From positions 1 through 64,000 of IMG/VR virus record IMGVR_UViG_3300023179_005186: 64,000 nt of DNA. One strand, written 5' to 3'. Position 1 is the first letter of the stretch, and each line of letters begins with the position of its first letter. The translations under genes and the position numbers were made by a program. The notes beneath the pieces were generated by a model that saw only the letters and a list, made by a program, of their open reading frames with translations, did not search any database and was not told where the DNA came from. Below are positions 19,538 to 30,208 of the stretch, piece by piece.

Positions 19538-22500
19538 TTATGTTTCTTTATCCATAAGTATCTTTAATATTTCTAATAATAAAGATATTTTCTTCATACT
19601 AGATAATAATTTAATTAATTCAAAATAAATATTATAAGAAATGTTTTCAGCAACACTTATGTAAAAATCAATAAATCCATTAAACTGTTCGTTAAATGTT
19701 TCTGTTGCCGATTGTGGATTTAAACCAAATATATTAGTTAAATCTGTTATTAATTTTGCTTTTAATATATCAATATTATTATTTATAGAATCTGGATTTT
19801 GAACACCTAATTTAATATATATACTTGTTTTAAGTATATTTTCAATATCATCCGTAATTAATAATAAAGTATCATCAGATTCTGTTTGAACAATTTTTTT
19901 TCTATTTTTTTCTCCTTCAGTTATATTGATCATATTTTTTATTAGTAAATTATACAATTCTTTACCAATTACATTAATTACATTAATCTTAATTATATTT
20001 AACATAGATTGATTTACTGTATTATGAATATCATCTTCATATTTATCAAAATCCTCAAATTCTGCATATAGATTATTAATTATATTTGAATAATAACTAA
20101 TAAGTACATCTATACTATTTTTTTTAGGTAAACTATCGTAATTTATTGATATTAGATGAATTTGAGAATTTGATATTACTGGTTTATTTTTTATACTTTT
20201 ATTTAGTAATACTAATACTTGATAATAATAATTTTTAAATTTTGAAACTAAATTATCATAGGATTTATAATCTATCGAACCATCTTTCATTAAAATTTCT
20301 TGTTTAATTTCTTCAGCAATATTTAAATTAATTTTTATTTTTTCCTTTAAGTTTAATAATGAATCTATCTTAGACTGAATCGTTTCTTGTTTACTTTCTA
20401 ATTCACTTTTAATTTTATTTATACTTTCTTGTGAAATTAATTTATTTTCTGTAGCTTTATCAAATTGTTTAATTTTATTATTAGTATCATCACGTTCTTT
20501 CATTAAAATTTTTATTTCTTCCTCTTTAATTATCATAAAATTACTTTCTTCTTTAATATAATTTTCTAGATCATGTTCTTTATTTTTATCAAATGATTTT
20601 ATTAATAAATCTTCTTCTTTCTCTATTATTCCAAGTAATTCATTTAATTTTTTTTTATCATCAAGACTCCAAGAACCTGGAAATTCTAAAGTTTTTATCC
20701 AAATAAATTCATTAAACAAATAAAGTGAATGTAATATCAAATTATAAACAAGACCTTCAGATTCATCTAAACTTAATCCTGAAAATTTTTGACTATTAGA
20801 ATTAATTTCATTTTGTAAAACTTGACTATATTTTTGTATTCTAGAATCTAAATTTTTATAGTATTCATTTTTTATTTCCTTAATTTTGTAATGAACATAA
20901 TCAATCGAATTTTCACCACGATGATTTTTAAATGTTTTTAATCCAGGATCTAATTCTGTTAATTTTGTAATTGCATCAATATTAAATTGATCAATTAATT
21001 TATTTAATATTGTATTACCATTAGAATCTTCCTGTCTTAAATTAATTTTACCAAATATTTCAGTAAATTTCTTTATCATATTTTTATTTACACATTTATT
21101 TTCAAATATCCTTGTATTTGTTGTTGGAACTAGTAAATGTGTTTGTCTTAAATTTAATGATGCATCATCCATGATTGAAGTATCTAAATTATCTACAATT
21201 ATATTATCTAAAGATCTTTTTATAGTCTTATAACCTATTTCTAATAATTGTTTTCTCATATACTCATCAGAATATGCTAATTGTAATGTATTAGTATATT
21301 GTTCAACTAATTTATTTGTTTCATCTAAAATTAATTGTGATATAAACAAATTGATATAGTTTATAATATGTTTAGAAACAACTGCTATTTTTACTTTTTC
21401 ATTAGTTTTTATTTTACTTAAAAATTCATCATATTCTTTTTTTTGTTCACCTTCGAGCTTTACATCTGTTAAAAAATAATATATTACTTTTGATAATTGT
21501 TCATCAATTGATTCATCAATACTAAATCTATCTATATTTTTAATAAAGATTTTTATAAATAAATTTGTTAATACTTGAAATAATTGTTTTGAATTATGTA
21601 ATGATATTATTGTAATTTTTTGGTTGTATAAATTTAATGCATTTTCTATAATATTTAATGCATTATTTTTAAAATTTACTAAATAAGGAGGTTCTAAATA
21701 TAATTCATTTAACCATTCGTCGAGCACTTTTGGTTTAAAAATATCTTGATATTCAATATTAGGATATTTATAAATATTAATTTTATTATTATTAAAAAGT
21801 ATATCATAATAATTATAAATATTATTTCTATTATTATTAATAAGTATATCATAACCAATTTTAAATTTATCATAACCAGGGACATAGTCCTCCAAATCAC
21901 GAATATTACTATTATCTAATTGAAAATTTATATTAGTAATATTAAATATATAATCAGCTAAAATACTTTTTGCTCCATTTGTAACTAAATAAATTAAATT
22001 TTGATTAGTTCTTACTGGATTAATAACTTGAGCATTAGCTGGATTTCCAATTATATTATTTATCACTTTAATATATATAGTATCATTATTTCTATATATT
22101 TCATTAAAATCATATGGATAATAAAATGGAAATAAATCAAGAACGTTTGTAAGAGAATAATCATTTATATAAGGTGGTATGCTATTTTTTTTTAAAAATT
22201 CACTATATTTATCTGGAAAATAATTTGGTAATGAAAATTTATTATAAAAAGTATTTGGTATATATAAATTTTCATTTTTTCTACGATATTCATAATTAAT
22301 TGAATTTATAAATTGAATTAAATATTGTGATGAATGATATTTTTCATATTCTATACCTAATTCTTTAATTTTGGTTATAAGATTTTTATTTAATTGATAA
22401 AATCTATTATATTGATTTAAATATTTAGAATCTGAATTAGATTTAATACTTTCAAATTTATCTAATTTATCTTTAGCTTTATCCCAGAATCCCATAAAAT

Positions 22501-25500
22501 GTTTATTTAATAATTCCTTTGAACCATTTGTAATTTCTTTATTTTGTAGTATCCAGTCAAGCATAGTGTTTATATTACCATAAATATTTTTTAATTCATT
22601 GATATCTATTTGATTAATATATCTTTTCATCAACTCTAAATTATTCATATTATTTATTATTAATTGATATACTTGATTAAAATAAACTAAAAAACTATCC
22701 AATGATAGTTTCATTATTGTATCTTTACTTAGCTTAATTAAACAAGATTCTTTTATTATGTCTAAATTATTATTAATTAACTCAATTAATGTATAAATAT
22801 GCCCATGCTTATATCTTTTATCTGCAAAATTATATGGTTGTTCTGAAATAATATTATTAGTATTATTTAATACACCATCAGGTAAGTTTTTTTCAAGAAT
22901 TTGAACTACTGTTAATTCTAATAAATAGTTCATTTTAGAAACTTCATCAGTTGTACCAAAATTTGTATCATTAATTAAACGACTTAATTCTTTTTGTCTT
23001 TCAAATAATAAATCTTGGATATCAGTATTTATTAAATTAAATGCTGCCACTGGTGCCGCTGGTGGAGCACCAGGTGCTGGTGCTCCACCAGGTGGTGGTT
23101 GTAGTCCAAAACCCTGATTTGTTTCTGTTCCTTTATAAATTAATGATTGTCTTGGAACATAATATGAATTAAAAAATGGATGTATTAAATTTAAATAGTT
23201 AAATAATAATTCTAAACTATATTTTTGCGGATTAGGAGCACCAGCACCAGCACCAGCAGCAACTGCAGCAGCATTAAAAGCAGCAGTACCAGTACCATCA
23301 ACACCAAGAATTTGAGGAAAGTTTACAGGAGTTTCAAAATTACCACCAGCATTTCTAGGAGCATAATTTTCTAAATTAAATCGTACTTGTCCACGGGTTT
23401 TTAGAGCAGTATCTAAACTTATAAAATCAGTTATATCAGATTTAATTAAATTTGGATTTATAAAATCTATATTAAAATCATTAGATGGATATTTTCCTTG
23501 TTCAAGTATACTTGCTAAATTTTTTGAATTAATTTGATTTTCACCTCCTTCTGATTTTCCTGGACTATTTATTAAATACATACTTTTAACTTCATAACTT
23601 TTATTATCTAATTCACTATCTTTTTTATTTAATTTAAATTTTCTATTTATTGTAATTAAAGGAATACCTTTCTTTAAAACTCCATTACTTATATCTATTT
23701 CTTTATTATCATTTACTCCTTGTAATTCTACTCTAGAATACATTTTATTTTCATTTACATTATTAGTTATGTCTTTCACTGTACCATACAAATCAAAATA
23801 TTCATAAGTTTCTATATTATTCAATAATCTATCAAGATTTCGTTCAAATATTATTGGTGGATTATATTCAAATAACTTTTCTAATTGATCTAATATAATA
23901 TTTAAAAGTGATTTATTTATACTCATATCAGTAGTATTTGACGTTATATTATAATTTTGTCTATCAATATTCAAGTTACCAAAATCTTTTTTTAGTAATA
24001 TAAATTCAAAATCAACTACTATTCTTTTTGCTGCATTTTGTGCTGCTGTTAATACTGAGGCTGCTGTTGCTCCTACTTTTCTTGATTCATTATTTGCTAC
24101 TTGGACTACTTGATTTACAGCATCTATTATAATTTGTTCTGGTCTAGGTACATTATTTCGTATTACTGCTGCTGCTGCTCCTGCTGCAGCTGCAGCTGGA
24201 GCAGCTGCAGCTGCAGCTGCTGCTCCTGCTGCAGCTGCAGCTACAGCTGTTTTTACTGCTTCTACTGCTTGAATCAATTGATTAATTCTTTCTTGATTTC
24301 TTGCTAATTCACTTAATTTTGAATAGTCATTATGTCTAATATAAAATTTTGGAATATCAAAATCATTTGTTTTTATTGAATCAAAAATTTTATTAGAGTT
24401 ATCTAAAATATTTCCTTTATTTAACAATTTACCAGTAGGTTCATTTTGAATTGAATATCCAACTTCATTTACTTGATAAGTTTGGGACCCTGGATAAATT
24501 AACTTTGGATTTGGAACTTTTGATCTTTTATCATAATAATTTGGAAATGGAAATTTTCTATCTCCTAATGCTTGTATAAAAGAATTGTTATTTATAACAA
24601 CAGCAACAACAGCAACACCAGCAGCAGGAGGAGGATTATTAAAAGTATCAAGACGATGAACATTATTATATTGAATAATATCTGCATCAGGTGGAACTCC
24701 TGGAACTGCTGGAACTGCTGGAACTCCTGGAACAGCTGCAACTGGAGCTTTAAATTCTGCATTTGGAAAAATAATATCACTACTACAATCATTCCAAGGT
24801 TTTCTACCATTAAAGAATCTATCTAAAATTAATTCTTGAGGAAAAACACATTTTTCGTTAATAGGTCTTAAAGTAGATGATAATAGATAAAATAAATAAT
24901 AAACAGTATTTAATAAATATAAACTAGTTTCAACACTATCATTAACAATTCCATCAGATAAACAATTTTTAATATCATCAATTAATTTATGTGTTTCTTC
25001 AATTTTAGTATTAGCATTTGATAAAATTGTATTAGAATCTTCTTTTGCATCTTCTTGAATAATACTATTATCTAAATCAATTTCTGTAAAATCAGAATTA
25101 ATTTTAAAATCATCATATACTGATAAAATATCATTTTTAGTTTTTTCTATATTTTGATTTATTTGTAATTTTAAATTACGAACTTCAGATACATTTGTAG
25201 AATCAATTTCAGTAAATTTTTTATTTAATGATTCACTATTTTCTTTAAATATTTTATTAATTTCTTCTCTTTTAAAAAATATATTTAGGCTTATAAATTC
25301 TTCCATCAATGATTGACAATTATAAAAAAAATTTTCATTTCTATTTTCAGAATTTTTTACTTGTTCATTTATTTTATATAATAAACTCAAAGCTACTTTT
25401 GAAGATGTATCTTCTACTTCTTTTGATTTCTTAGATACTTTTATTTCCTTATTTATTTGATTTAATAATTCATCATTCTTACATTCAGAAACAAAATTAT

Positions 25501-25960
25501 TAATTAATAAATGTATTGGAGTATTACCTTCATTATCTACTAATGTGATATCACATTTTAGTTTAACAAGATATTGAATAATATCAAAATATCCTTTAAA
25601 CGCAGCATAATGTAAAGCATTTCTATTAAATTGGTCCATTGAATTAACAGAAACATTTTTACCAACTAACTCTTTTATTAATAATAATTTTTGTCCTTCA
25701 GTAAGCGAAGGATTTTGATTATCGATTACTGCATGTATTAATGTTTTACCCTCACTATTTCTAACATTTAATATAATACCAGAATTAATATTTGACATTA
25801 ATTGATCATAATCATTTGATACAAAATCTCCATATAATGAATTTATCATACCAGTATCTTCTTTAAAAACAGGAGGTACATTTCTTGGAAATTTTGGTTG
25901 ATATATATTTGATTTTGGTTTTTGTCTTATATTCGGATTTGTTTCCATAATATAATTCAT
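19538..25960 (-). CDS. giant ankyrin-repeat protein with Ala/Pro/Gly low-complexity inserts
   Basis: N-terminal GKTLIH, NRNALHYAA, GNTPIHL repeats; second ankyrin-like unit GNTILNKLI near residue 1650. Confidence 0.85.
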   Translation of the reverse strand: MNYIMETNPNIRQKPKSNIYQPKFPRNVPPVFKEDTGMINSLYGDFVSNDYDQLMSNINSGIILNVRNSEGKTLIHAVIDNQNPSLTEGQKLLLIKELVGKNVSVNSMDQFNRNALHYAAFKGYFDIIQYLVKLKCDITLVDNEGNTPIHLLINNFVSECKNDELLNQINKEIKVSKKSKEVEDTSSKVALSLLYKINEQVKNSENRNENFFYNCQSLMEEFISLNIFFKREEINKIFKENSESLNKKFTEIDSTNVSEVRNLKLQINQNIEKTKNDILSVYDDFKINSDFTEIDLDNSIIQEDAKEDSNTILSNANTKIEETHKLIDDIKNCLSDGIVNDSVETSLYLLNTVYYLFYLLSSTLRPINEKCVFPQELILDRFFNGRKPWNDCSSDIIFPNAEFKAPVAAVPGVPAVPAVPGVPPDADIIQYNNVHRLDTFNNPPPAAGVAVVAVVINNNSFIQALGDRKFPFPNYYDKRSKVPNPKLIYPGSQTYQVNEVGYSIQNEPTGKLLNKGNILDNSNKIFDSIKTNDFDIPKFYIRHNDYSKLSELARNQERINQLIQAVEAVKTAVAAAAAGAAAAAAAAPAAAAAGAAAAVIRNNVPRPEQIIIDAVNQVVQVANNESRKVGATAASVLTAAQNAAKRIVVDFEFILLKKDFGNLNIDRQNYNITSNTTDMSINKSLLNIILDQLEKLFEYNPPIIFERNLDRLLNNIETYEYFDLYGTVKDITNNVNENKMYSRVELQGVNDNKEIDISNGVLKKGIPLITINRKFKLNKKDSELDNKSYEVKSMYLINSPGKSEGGENQINSKNLASILEQGKYPSNDFNIDFINPNLIKSDITDFISLDTALKTRGQVRFNLENYAPRNAGGNFETPVNFPQILGVDGTGTAAFNAAAVAAGAGAGAPNPQKYSLELLFNYLNLIHPFFNSYYVPRQSLIYKGTETNQGFGLQPPPGGAPAPGAPPAAPVAAFNLINTDIQDLLFERQKELSRLINDTNFGTTDEVSKMNYLLELTVVQILEKNLPDGVLNNTNNIISEQPYNFADKRYKHGHIYTLIELINNNLDIIKESCLIKLSKDTIMKLSLDSFLVYFNQVYQLIINNMNNLELMKRYINQIDINELKNIYGNINTMLDWILQNKEITNGSKELLNKHFMGFWDKAKDKLDKFESIKSNSDSKYLNQYNRFYQLNKNLITKIKELGIEYEKYHSSQYLIQFINSINYEYRRKNENLYIPNTFYNKFSLPNYFPDKYSEFLKKNSIPPYINDYSLTNVLDLFPFYYPYDFNEIYRNNDTIYIKVINNIIGNPANAQVINPVRTNQNLIYLVTNGAKSILADYIFNITNINFQLDNSNIRDLEDYVPGYDKFKIGYDILINNNRNNIYNYYDILFNNNKINIYKYPNIEYQDIFKPKVLDEWLNELYLEPPYLVNFKNNALNIIENALNLYNQKITIISLHNSKQLFQVLTNLFIKIFIKNIDRFSIDESIDEQLSKVIYYFLTDVKLEGEQKKEYDEFLSKIKTNEKVKIAVVSKHIINYINLFISQLILDETNKLVEQYTNTLQLAYSDEYMRKQLLEIGYKTIKRSLDNIIVDNLDTSIMDDASLNLRQTHLLVPTTNTRIFENKCVNKNMIKKFTEIFGKINLRQEDSNGNTILNKLIDQFNIDAITKLTELDPGLKTFKNHRGENSIDYVHYKIKEIKNEYYKNLDSRIQKYSQVLQNEINSNSQKFSGLSLDESEGLVYNLILHSLYLFNEFIWIKTLEFPGSWSLDDKKKLNELLGIIEKEEDLLIKSFDKNKEHDLENYIKEESNFMIIKEEEIKILMKERDDTNNKIKQFDKATENKLISQESINKIKSELESKQETIQSKIDSLLNLKEKIKINLNIAEEIKQEILMKDGSIDYKSYDNLVSKFKNYYYQVLVLLNKSIKNKPVISNSQIHLISINYDSLPKKNSIDVLISYYSNIINNLYAEFEDFDKYEDDIHNTVNQSMLNIIKINVINVIGKELYNLLIKNMINITEGEKNRKKIVQTESDDTLLLITDDIENILKTSIYIKLGVQNPDSINNNIDILKAKLITDLTNIFGLNPQSATETFNEQFNGFIDFYISVAENISYNIYFELIKLLSSMKKISLLLEILKILMDKET

Positions 25961-26030
25961 AAAGATATTTTTTTATAAATTTATGTTTATAAATAATTTC
26001 TAATAAAAATTTGTAAAAATATAATAATTA

Positions 26031-26441
26031 TTATTTGTTACATGTTTTACATGATGAAGGATTAATTTGATAATTTTGTAAAGGAGTTTCAGTTAATCTA
26101 TAATCTGGATATATAGGACATTTTAAATTTGCAGGTAATTCCTTCATTTGAAAAATCATATTAGCTTTTAATCTTTCTTGTTCAAAATCTCTTGGATCCA
26201 TACGCAGAGGATAATTATGAACACATGCATTATTCCAACAAGAATCATTTTGTCTAAAATAAATCCATTCAGAATCCATCATTTTAGTAGCGTTAAGTTG
26301 TAAAAATAATCTATAATCATCATCTCTAGTAATACCATTTACATATTTAATGTATTCATTAATAGAAGAAGCTGTTTTATAATTAGTAGTAAATCTACCA
26401 TCATCCATTTTTGGTGGGCAATTTTTGTAATAGTTATCCAT
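26031..26441 (-). CDS. conserved NCLDV hypothetical protein
   Basis: CPPKMDDGRFTTNY...YRLFLQ.NA motif typical of a small conserved Mimiviridae family. Confidence 0.7.
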   Translation of the reverse strand: MDNYYKNCPPKMDDGRFTTNYKTASSINEYIKYVNGITRDDDYRLFLQLNATKMMDSEWIYFRQNDSCWNNACVHNYPLRMDPRDFEQERLKANMIFQMKELPANLKCPIYPDYRLTETPLQNYQINPSSCKTCNK

Positions 26442-26524
26442 TGTTTTATATATATTATTATTAAATAAAAAAAATATATACTTTATATAAAAATTATATT
26501 ATTCTATCAAATTTTTACAATTAT

Positions 26525-27574
26525 TTATTCTATATCAATAACTTTTGATTTTCTTGCATGTGTATTTATTCCTAATTTATTAAAATCAAGATTATTTAAA
26601 TTAATAAAATTATGATCTAAAATTTTAGGATCATCACTTGATATTGAATCTGATCTATCAGATGATTTATATGAACTAGAATTTTCTTCTGATTTTCTCA
26701 TAATTTGTATCATATCAATACCTTTAATAATAAAGTCTCCATCTTCTAAATTTTGTAAATTATTTGAATCTTTAGATAAATCTGATTTTTCTAATATAAA
26801 TCCATTAAGATCTTCTGAATCCATATTATTTAATTTACCCATTGAACTACTTTTAATAATTGTTTCATTTAAAATATTATAAGCAGAATTGGCTAGAGGA
26901 CTGCCTGATTTAATATAATCACTTTTTATGTAACCATCTTGTACTTCTAAAACAGTACTATTTTCAGATTCTTTATCAATATCAATATTCAATACATTAT
27001 TTTTTGATTTTTTTTTTATAGATACATTAGATGAAGATGAATGACTTTGACTTTTTGTTTTAAAATTTTCATATTCAGCTAATTGAATATTAGAAGTTCC
27101 TGAAAATTCATTATTTTTATGATCAGAACTCATATAAAACATTTCTTTTTCTTGATTTTTTAATTGATTTATTTTTATAAAACAATTATTATTTTTGTTA
27201 CCAACTGAATTTTCAACAGAATTAAATATCTGATTTTTTATTTCCTCATTTTCATCTAAACCTTCCATATTTTCATCAAATTGATTAAATTGATTAATTA
27301 TTGATTGATTATTCATTTTATTTACTTCATTTGCTTTATTTTGTAATGAATATAAATCTTTAATTTTTCTATTACAATCTCCTAATCTTTTATCAAGCAT
27401 TTCTTCAAAATTATCTAATTTTTCATTTATATCATCAAATTCTATCTCAATTGAACTTGTAATATTTTCTTTAAGTTTTTCAAAATGTTTTGTTTGAGTA
27501 CTTTTAATACTGTATATCAAATAAATTATAATACCTAACAGTATAATTATTAATAAATATCTTAAATCAAACAT
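26525..27574 (-). CDS. hypothetical protein with N-terminal TM anchor and coiled coil
   Basis: hydrophobic residues 4-22 followed by coiled coil and Ser-rich disordered tail. Confidence 0.75.
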   Translation of the reverse strand: MFDLRYLLIIILLGIIIYLIYSIKSTQTKHFEKLKENITSSIEIEFDDINEKLDNFEEMLDKRLGDCNRKIKDLYSLQNKANEVNKMNNQSIINQFNQFDENMEGLDENEEIKNQIFNSVENSVGNKNNNCFIKINQLKNQEKEMFYMSSDHKNNEFSGTSNIQLAEYENFKTKSQSHSSSSNVSIKKKSKNNVLNIDIDKESENSTVLEVQDGYIKSDYIKSGSPLANSAYNILNETIIKSSSMGKLNNMDSEDLNGFILEKSDLSKDSNNLQNLEDGDFIIKGIDMIQIMRKSEENSSSYKSSDRSDSISSDDPKILDHNFINLNNLDFNKLGINTHARKSKVIDIE

Positions 27575-27664
27575 CTATAGTAATTATTTTGAAAAATTTA
27601 TATAAAATTAAACCTACTATATTAAAATATTTTTATTCTAATATGGTTATACAATAACTTAAAT

Positions 27665-27672
27665 AAAATTGA
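27665..27672 (+). promoter_or_regulatory. early promoter AAAATTGA
   Basis: overlaps the TTG called as start at 27669, implying the real start is ATG 27705. Confidence 0.7.
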
Positions 27673-27704
27673 TTTTATTAAATAAAGATACTATATTATA
27701 TAAA

Positions 27705-27956
27705 ATGATATTAGGAAATTATCATGTTGAATTTAATACTAATTTAAATATAAACTCAATTTCTTCTTATAAAATAATTCGCAGTAAATTTTTTGCAAAA
27801 TATATTAGTATTTATGAATATAAATACTCTGATATAAAAACATTATACACAGATGCATTAATTTATTCAAAATATTATTTATATTATAAAACACAAAATT
27901 GTATATATTCACCTGAAATAATGGATATTATATATAATATTGATTTTTTCAAATAA
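27705..27956 (+). CDS. small hypothetical protein (83 aa; start revised to ATG 27705)
   Basis: in-frame ATG 33 nt after the early promoter motif. Confidence 0.65.
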   Translation: MILGNYHVEFNTNLNINSISSYKIIRSKFFAKYISIYEYKYSDIKTLYTDALIYSKYYLYYKTQNCIYSPEIMDIIYNIDFFK

Positions 27957-27975
27957 TTATTTTTTTATTAAATCC

Positions 27976-29310
27976 TTAATATGCATCTGGATTATTAAGA
28001 ACATTTTTTATATAATCGATATTGATTCCCATATCTCCAGTAAATCTTCTTGCATTATCAAAATCTTCTAAAGGTGCATAACTCATATAATCTCTACCAT
28101 CATTCATTTGAATTGGACATGTGGTACAACTTTTATTAGTTACACATACTGGAGGAAAAGGTGGTATTGGATACCAATTTGTAGGATTAATAAAAGTATA
28201 AGCACGATTAGTCATACCTTTATTAATAGGTGAAAGATAATTATAATCACCATATTTTAGTTCTGAATTAAGTGATTCGTAAGTTTTTGGTGCATTAGTT
28301 GATCTTGTAAATATATCATTATAATATTTTTCACCATCTTTTAAATAATTTTGAACAACTTCTTGATTACCAATACTTGCTCTAAAAATATTATTTTTTA
28401 ATGCTATTTTATTATCTAAAGCTTGTAATCCATCTTGTTGATATTTTACATAACCATCATCAAAAGTAGATTCAATTGGAGCTATAGGATCTTTTGTTCC
28501 ATCAGGTAATTTAATTTTAGGGTTTGGTTTCCCAGTATAAATACCATCAGATGGTGTATCGATGTAGTCACTTAAGGGAATACCTTTAGATTCTTTTTGT
28601 ACAGATAATTTTTCTTTCATTAAATCTATTTTTGAAATCATTTTATTATCTTTAGTTTCTTCTTGATTATTATCTTCTTCATCAATAAAACTATCTAAAA
28701 CTTCAAAACCTTCTATATTACCGTGTGCATATGCATTCCGATCTAATGGAACACCTGCTACCATACTTGCTGTTGGATTTGGTTTTGCATTAGGATCCAT
28801 AGCTAAATTTGGAGAAGCATTATTCATTATAGCTTTTAATGTATTAATATTATTATCATTCATTGTATTTTCTAATGCAACAGGATTAATTAAATTTTGA
28901 TCTGAATTAATTATATCATATTTATCATTTTTTATTTCATCGACTTTTTCTACATAAGTTGGTGGTACATCAATAATCTCATTTATAGTTGAAGAAAGAT
29001 TATTTGTAAATAAATTATTATTTTGTAGAGTTCCTTGAAAATTTTCAATTGATTCTTGTGAAATTGGTAAATTACTAATATCATCTTTTTGAATTTTGCA
29101 TTCATCACAATTTAGTGGATCTGTTGCTTTATTATTTATATAAATAATATTTTCTATAATTAATATTGAAACTGCTATAATACAAGCTAATAGAATAGCT
29201 TCATATGATGGTAAATCAATAATAAATTTTAATAGTAAAAAAATGATAATGAATATGATAGCTATTTTTGAGAAATATTTCAAATTATTAAAAGTTTCTG
29301 ACGAAATCAT
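27976..29310 (-). CDS. membrane protein with Cys motifs, conserved Mimiviridae type
   Basis: two N-terminal TM helices, CDEC, C-terminal WYPIPPFPPVCVTNKSCTTCP. Confidence 0.75.
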   Translation of the reverse strand: MISSETFNNLKYFSKIAIIFIIIFLLLKFIIDLPSYEAILLACIIAVSILIIENIIYINNKATDPLNCDECKIQKDDISNLPISQESIENFQGTLQNNNLFTNNLSSTINEIIDVPPTYVEKVDEIKNDKYDIINSDQNLINPVALENTMNDNNINTLKAIMNNASPNLAMDPNAKPNPTASMVAGVPLDRNAYAHGNIEGFEVLDSFIDEEDNNQEETKDNKMISKIDLMKEKLSVQKESKGIPLSDYIDTPSDGIYTGKPNPKIKLPDGTKDPIAPIESTFDDGYVKYQQDGLQALDNKIALKNNIFRASIGNQEVVQNYLKDGEKYYNDIFTRSTNAPKTYESLNSELKYGDYNYLSPINKGMTNRAYTFINPTNWYPIPPFPPVCVTNKSCTTCPIQMNDGRDYMSYAPLEDFDNARRFTGDMGINIDYIKNVLNNPDAY

Positions 29311-29380
29311 TTATATATTTATATATATAAATCATAAAAAATATTTATTATAATAGAAATTTTTGTATTAAAATATATTT

Positions 29381-29761
29381 TTATTTACTTGTAATTAATA
29401 ATTGAAGTATTTTTACTGCAGTCATAAAACCAATTATCAAAAAAATAAGTATAGTAATTTGTTGATGAGGATTTAGTTCTTTATAATAATTTAAATAAAC
29501 TAAATCGTTGTATACATCAAATGCAATTACTGCTAACAAAGCATTATTTACAGCATCTTCTATAATTTGACCAAGAGTTATAGTTTCTTTATCATTAACA
29601 TTTGTGAAAAAATTAATTAAAAACTGTACAATAAAAATAAATAGAAATAAATATATTTTATGTGGTATAGCTAATTTTCTATCACTAATATTTTCCATAA
29701 AATTATTTAAATAAAATATTAATGCTATAGTTATTATTAATAATTTAAATAAAATATTCAT
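29381..29761 (-). CDS. small multi-pass membrane protein
   Basis: 126 aa with 3-4 hydrophobic segments. Confidence 0.7.
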   Translation of the reverse strand: MNILFKLLIITIALIFYLNNFMENISDRKLAIPHKIYLFLFIFIVQFLINFFTNVNDKETITLGQIIEDAVNNALLAVIAFDVYNDLVYLNYYKELNPHQQITILIFLIIGFMTAVKILQLLITSK

Positions 29762-29814
29762 TATAATTATAATTATATTAGATTTAAAAAATTTTATTTA
29801 TTTTTAAATAAATA

Positions 29815-30168
29815 CTAAAATTTACTTGAACTATATTTAATATTTATAATAATATATATTATTGTTAATTGTAAAATAATTATTATAGATAATAATATTA
29901 AAAAAGTTAAATAATGAGGTAAGATTTTTAAATAAATTTGATTATATACTGGTAAAAAAAATTCTTTTTTAATTTCATCATCTATTAAATTTTCTTTAAC
30001 TTTAACTAAAATATTTTTTATAAATCCACTAGATTGTTTATATTTTTTTTTTCTATTTTTTTCTTCATTTTTTAATTTAGTAGAGTTATTTGATTGACTT
30101 TTATTTGTATTATTTTCATTTTGAGAATTATAAAGTGTTGTACTTGAAAATATATTTGAATTATTCAT
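29815..30168 (-). CDS. small protein with C-terminal TM helix
   Basis: 117 aa; hydrophobic C-terminal third. Confidence 0.65.
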   Translation of the reverse strand: MNNSNIFSSTTLYNSQNENNTNKSQSNNSTKLKNEEKNRKKKYKQSSGFIKNILVKVKENLIDDEIKKEFFLPVYNQIYLKILPHYLTFLILLSIIIILQLTIIYIIINIKYSSSKF

Positions 30169-30208
30169 TTATTATAATTCAAATAAAAAAAAATCTTAAT
30201 TTATACAT

